In this document: piece by piece, positions 60,601-64,000 of the stretch
How positions within the stretch are numbered: the stretch's first letter is position 1
Layout of the letters: every line of letters begins with the position of its first letter
From: a virus
Virus record (IMG/VR): IMGVR_UViG_3300027797_000012
Span: 66,554-130,553 of that record
DNA: 64,000 nucleotides
Reading direction: 5' to 3' (one strand)
Program-made: the position numbers and the translations under genes
Notes under the pieces: generated by a model
The model's input: the letters and a program-made list of their open reading frames with translations, nothing else
What the model was told of the DNA's origin: nothing
Database searches by the model: none

Positions 60601-63600
60601 GAACGTGGTTCTAATTAAATTACTGATGTTGTTAAATCCTTCTGAGTCAAAAGGACCACTTGGGGCAGGAGGGTTTACTGGAGCTTCTGGAGCTTGACGA
60701 TCTCCAGTTGTAGGAGGGAATCTGCGTGGCTCTGGCTGCTGTGCTTGCTGACGAAGTATGTCAGGGCCTGCAACTTCAGTGATTGCTTCAATGATCTCTG
60801 CGTCATCAGCTTCGGACCAGTCAAGAAGTCCTTTCTCATTTATAACATCACGAATCTTGTCAGCTGTCTCATCGTCGACAGTTCCGCCAGTTTGCTCTAT
60901 AAGATCTCTAATCATCTGAGAGTGCGCTTGAAGAGTTGGCTGCTCTACGCTATCTAAGTTAGGAATGACTCCGTCATCCATAGCTTCATCGCCATTAGCT
61001 GCCTGCTTGATATGCGCGCCAGCGTCTTTAAGAGCTTTTTTAACTACTCTTTCATCTCTGTCTCTAGCGACTATCTGAACACGGCCATTGTCCTTGTTGA
61101 TAAGAGCGCCTTCGTACATGTCATCAATTTTTATTAAGTTAAGCTCAAACTCTCCATCATTTTTATCTTTGATTTTTTGATTAGAGATTTGCTCAGGCAT
61201 ACCGTCGGACATATCATTTGATTCTTTTTTAAGCTGTGCAAGAATTACGTTTGTGTTAATGTTCTGAAGTTGAATAGCATCACGCAAAGCTTCGACTGGG
61301 ACTTCAACTGTAATATCATCGAAGGATAGAAGAGCAGCGCCTGATCCGTCAGTGATACCGGTAATCATCTGATCGATAAGATCTGCAGTCTCATAGTCAC
61401 GGGAAAGAATCTCTGGATTATCTGTAAATCCATTTTCATCAACCTCTGGCTGAGAAGGAATGTACGCATTTGAGTCTGGAATATAGTAGTCAGGGTTCTC
61501 AAAATCAATTGGTACGTTTTCAATAAGTTGACCAGGAAGTGGATCTTCTTCTGGTAGAGGCTTATCTTTTTTGTTAACCGATGAAACGCTATCTGGTGAT
61601 GAGCTTTTAATCTGACGAATTTCTGCTGTAATGTCATCAACAAGCTGCGCTTCCTCTGGAGAAGGAACTCCGCCCTGCGCCTCGATAAGACGATTAAGGT
61701 TATTGTTATTTCCATTTACAGAGTCATAGATATTTGCAACTACACGGTTAGGGTCTAGTCCAGCTTCCCACACCGCGTTATACAACGCTTCCATTGGGAC
61801 ATACTCTTCGCCTGCGTTAAACTCTAAGCGACCAGCGCCTGAAGGCTGACCCATGTTGGCGCGAGGAATATCTACGCTGTCCATGTCTTCAGCTCCAGGA
61901 ATGTCTCCTGCGTCATCTACGTTTGCATTTAAGATCTCTGCGATTGCAGCATCGTCTGATGTTCCTACCAATGCTTCACTCAAAGCAGCAACTAGATCTT
62001 GTGGTGTAAAGCGAGTAGCTAACTTCTTAGGGTCATCTGTAAAGTTTGTGCTTGCTTCATCTACGCGACCTTCTGGCTCGTAGTCTACAGTACGAAGTTG
62101 AAACGCACCGTTAGGCACATCAAAGTTATTAAATAGACCAGGCGTTGAAGGTTGTGAAGGTGTAGGAGTCTTTGGTGGAGTTCCGCCTGTTGGAGGAGTT
62201 GGTGGCTCGCCTGGGCCGTCTTCATCTTCACCCATATTGTCTAGCTCTTCACGAAGGAGCTCTTCAAAACGCTTTGCACCAGCGTCAATGAACGCGTCCT
62301 TGTCGAAATCAATGTCGTCTGCTTCATCGTCTCCTAAAGAACGACGCTCATCAATAGCAGAGTCTACGATATCTGAAAGTTGTTTGCGCATTTTAGCAAC
62401 AGCGTCTCGCACAAACTCGTCATTGGACATGCCTTCTGGCTTGTTATCTGCAATGTCATCTGCTAGCTCGTAGCGTCTTGACGCGTCATCGTAGATCTGA
62501 TCCATAAGCTCAGCGCCGACGTCTGCTGCATCATCTTCAAGTCGCTCTTCTAGGTCCTTGCCTAGATCTGAGTTGTCTTCTGCAAGATCAATAACGTAAT
62601 CAGTGAAACCGCCGCCTGGTGTGTTATCGCCACCGCCTGTTGGAGGAGTTGGTGGCTCGTCGCCACCGTCATCGTCTTCGCCTTCAGTTGCTTTACCTGG
62701 TTTACGCTCAGACGTCATCTCATCCTCATCGGGCATCTGATCTTGAATTAAATCTGTTGCCTTAACCATGATGTTATTGCGTTGTTCAAGCGTGATCTTG
62801 TCGTTCTCGTACAGATCATCAACAGCTGACTCGATGTCGTCAAAACCAATTTGGCGTTCTTCATCTTGCATAATGTCAGAAAATTTCTGCATCATGCTAT
62901 TTCTGTCGTCAAGACTTAGTAGATCTTGTTCATAAAGGGAATCTAAAATAGTTTCTGTCTCAGCGAAACCAAGGCCTTCTCCGCCGTCACCCATGTTGTC
63001 TAGTTCTTCGCGGAGAAGCTCTTCAAAACGCTTTGCACCAGCGTTGACAAATGCTTCTTTGTCAAAGTCAACTTCAAGCTCTTCGTCGTCTTCTAGTGAA
63101 CGACGTTCTTCAATTGCTGAATCTACAACGTCTGAAAGCTGCTTACGCATTCTAGCAACTGCATCATCGACAAATTCATTGTCAGACATTCCTTCTGGCT
63201 TATTGTCTGCAATATCTTGTGATAGTTCATAACGGTCTGACGCATCCTCGTAGATTTGATTCATAAGATCAAAACCAGCTTCTTCAGCATCATCGTCTAA
63301 TTTTTCTTCTAGATCTTTACCTAGATCTGAGTTGTCTTCTGCAAGATCAATAACATAGTCTGTAAATCCAGAACCTGGAGTGTTTCCGCCTGTTGGAGGA
63401 GTTGGAGGCTCGTCTGGGCCGGAGCCGCCTGAGCTGCTTCTTGCTATTTCTCCTTGGCGAGCGTCATCGATAAATCCACCGCGAGCGTACATAAGACTGT
63501 TGATGTCAAGTAAGTCTTTTAGTACCTTATCATTAACACCTTCAGCGTCATACGCGCTGACTGGGTCAGCAGTAATTAAGCCATTATCACTAGTGGCGCC

Positions 63601-64000
63601 TGTATCAAGGTAGTGGTATGTACCGTCAGGGTAGCGTAGAGTTAGATTCTGCCCATCGCCATCTGCAAATACTACTTCTGTTCCTTCAGGTATAGAAGGA
63701 TCTAACTCACTGCGCTCAACACCAGAGTCAGCTGCGTACTTGAAGAAGTCTCTGCCTTTAGCTCCGTCAAAGATTGCTGCGTAGCGTTCTTGCGCAGGCT
63801 TGCTTGAGTCTAGCGCAGTTTTCTTTGCCTTATCATAAGAGAACGCACGAGAGGTAATGTCGCTCTGACGACTGTCATCAATAAACGCACCGCGATAGTA
63901 GGGAAGTCCGTCTCCTTCAAAAAGTCCACCGAGGAACTTGTCATGAACAGAAGAATCAAAATTGTTAACGTTATCTACAGAGATAAATCCATCTGGTGTT
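57670..64000 (-). CDS. Giant polyvalent protein (>2100 aa, 5'-truncated): acidic repeats, SH3-like, GNAT-like and C-terminal HipA/PI3-4-kinase-like domains
   Basis: Frame stays open from 63492 to the window edge. Kinase: FYVK...AEV.A..L...LLD.LI.N.DRH.GN.L...P.DHSL. GNAT-like: KKSGFATAY......Y...GV..I...A...G..VWA..GF. Confidence 0.8.
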   Translation of the reverse strand, partial: TPDGFISVDNVNNFDSSVHDKFLGGLFEGDGLPYYRGAFIDDSRQSDITSRAFSYDKAKKTALDSSKPAQERYAAIFDGAKGRDFFKYAADSGVERSELDPSIPEGTEVVFADGDGQNLTLRYPDGTYHYLDTGATSDNGLITADPVSAYDAEGVNDKVLKDLLDINSLMYARGGFIDDARQGEIARSSSGGSGPDEPPTPPTGGNTPGSGFTDYVIDLAEDNSDLGKDLEEKLDDDAEEAGFDLMNQIYEDASDRYELSQDIADNKPEGMSDNEFVDDAVARMRKQLSDVVDSAIEERRSLEDDEELEVDFDKEAFVNAGAKRFEELLREELDNMGDGGEGLGFAETETILDSLYEQDLLSLDDRNSMMQKFSDIMQDEERQIGFDDIESAVDDLYENDKITLEQRNNIMVKATDLIQDQMPDEDEMTSERKPGKATEGEDDDGGDEPPTPPTGGGDNTPGGGFTDYVIDLAEDNSDLGKDLEERLEDDAADVGAELMDQIYDDASRRYELADDIADNKPEGMSNDEFVRDAVAKMRKQLSDIVDSAIDERRSLGDDEADDIDFDKDAFIDAGAKRFEELLREELDNMGEDEDGPGEPPTPPTGGTPPKTPTPSQPSTPGLFNNFDVPNGAFQLRTVDYEPEGRVDEASTNFTDDPKKLATRFTPQDLVAALSEALVGTSDDAAIAEILNANVDDAGDIPGAEDMDSVDIPRANMGQPSGAGRLEFNAGEEYVPMEALYNAVWEAGLDPNRVVANIYDSVNGNNNNLNRLIEAQGGVPSPEEAQLVDDITAEIRQIKSSSPDSVSSVNKKDKPLPEEDPLPGQLIENVPIDFENPDYYIPDSNAYIPSQPEVDENGFTDNPEILSRDYETADLIDQMITGITDGSGAALLSFDDITVEVPVEALRDAIQLQNINTNVILAQLKKESNDMSDGMPEQISNQKIKDKNDGEFELNLIKIDDMYEGALINKDNGRVQIVARDRDERVVKKALKDAGAHIKQAANGDEAMDDGVIPNLDSVEQPTLQAHSQMIRDLIEQTGGTVDDETADKIRDVINEKGLLDWSEADDAEIIEAITEVAGPDILRQQAQQPEPRRFPPTTGDRQAPEAPVNPPAPSGPFDSEGFNNISNLIRTTFPRGFTDDNKLVAVWESNSGNESMMLISRGEGTEPILFRWQERAGLFSFTPQNTEDWFTGEGARVLGWRAPTDEQQATLRSFVSNDNLVPDSADTPRDPSADAPEPEAPETPALVYPGPENRGYHPDNTVLDRAGKVMGKGTRIRASRDGRTGTVIAVQNIDNRTGDRIPYVRVRFDDGTVAVRSALKVRAIGDAVQVVPDREPPATPPIPTDIGERLDAPVRNPGVVAGDGSITGVSNLGELPQELEGLGNPDARQKDFGAWGDRADEIAFAGRNRVSLDNIRKLNVEWNLATLAATTLDGDERRSKRAEADEIKARLDKAIFDTFGVRDGVTFGNNGYTLDNRGISVSLTGRDEESITRDHVPMAFTVAMGIKDKDGRVLGTVNRTLSYVSRGDGTPGYWKVKNDYLNINNAGDKKSGFATAYNRYMEDWYIANGVKEIHVRAAGGGSFQGAFVWALNGFNWETPGDAESELMSRLQRMRRSANTDKERATIDRLLQKTNQARITGGGVDLDKAPTPMELALVGWYPGATNWLGKKFMTENSWSGIKRLDPVAKEQIQAINYDQIRRARSRIKDKVNRPGVSREFVLKANSDQFLAENQMLTPYIEEIRFAFQNNSSLATLSPAAKTVLSRWVGEQIMTGDSRSLPLEDAFKLRTALDGEAAADNPRNGITDFGVGDFLTSANFEDISRNRLAGFDVRRLGTQESGYNDTYLVKHIDSGQLFYVKKDELAKQYRIDPVRAEVEAGMLTRALGFQGMYETRANTKDTSGEVLVMQQAGSSIPLASSPYMLSDVFENGGIQGSDGAVFVTPDNLLDSLATPEDAIRIALLDLLINNQDRHNGNVLLAVDGTDPSRLRMLPVDHSLAQMESNLTNFNFEGVLTADDENVYTSTLPVLLERMGQDALIQAFRNEANKLNAALRSNTFSPSGNELRMIIDRYGSLNAYRDAIEKRTAALLTPGTRAFEGFKEVLTPGYWR
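62231..63414 (-). repeat. Internal duplication of a roughly 140-aa acidic domain, with EPPTPPTGG linkers
   Basis: Copies at about 62231-62661 and 62990-63414 (FTDYVIDLAEDNSDLGKDLEE...AGAKRFEELLREELDNMG); third linker copy near 62185-62210. Confidence 0.9.

Overview
A 64 kb fragment of a large, apparently lytic, tailed dsDNA phage (siphovirus-like morphogenesis genes). A WhiB regulator, TGn-TAnnnT/leaderless promoters and a hexamer+pentamer capsid pair point to an actinobacterial host. Layout: (1) 1-7.6 kb, + strand: Thr-rich collagen-like fibres and Gly/Asn-repeat virion proteins. (2) 7.7-17.4 kb: a partly AT-rich, mixed-strand cassette with five glycosyltransferase-like genes, a prolyl-4-hydroxylase-like oxygenase, a UDP-sugar epimerase and methyltransferases. 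(3) 17.4-33.8 kb, - strand: WhiB, pyrimidine-dimer glycosylase, replication/recombination genes (PolA, SNF2 helicase, RuvC-like, exonuclease/Sak4/SSB), interleaved with a cytosine-modification pathway (dCMP-type thymidylate synthase homologue, dNMP kinase-UDG-fold fusion, gp56-like dCTPase, dCMP deaminase, two paralogous GT-B-like proteins, and a C5-methyltransferase-fold enzyme with a remodelled cofactor pocket). (4) 33.9-64 kb, - strand: tail, head, a protease polyprotein and a >2100 aa polyvalent protein ending in GNAT-like and HipA/PI3-4-kinase-like domains. Best candidates for new biology: the cytosine hypermodification locus with its non-canonical methyltransferase-fold enzyme, and a putative collagen-fibre hydroxylation/glycosylation cassette. 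All functional calls come from motif recognition by eye; no database searches were run.
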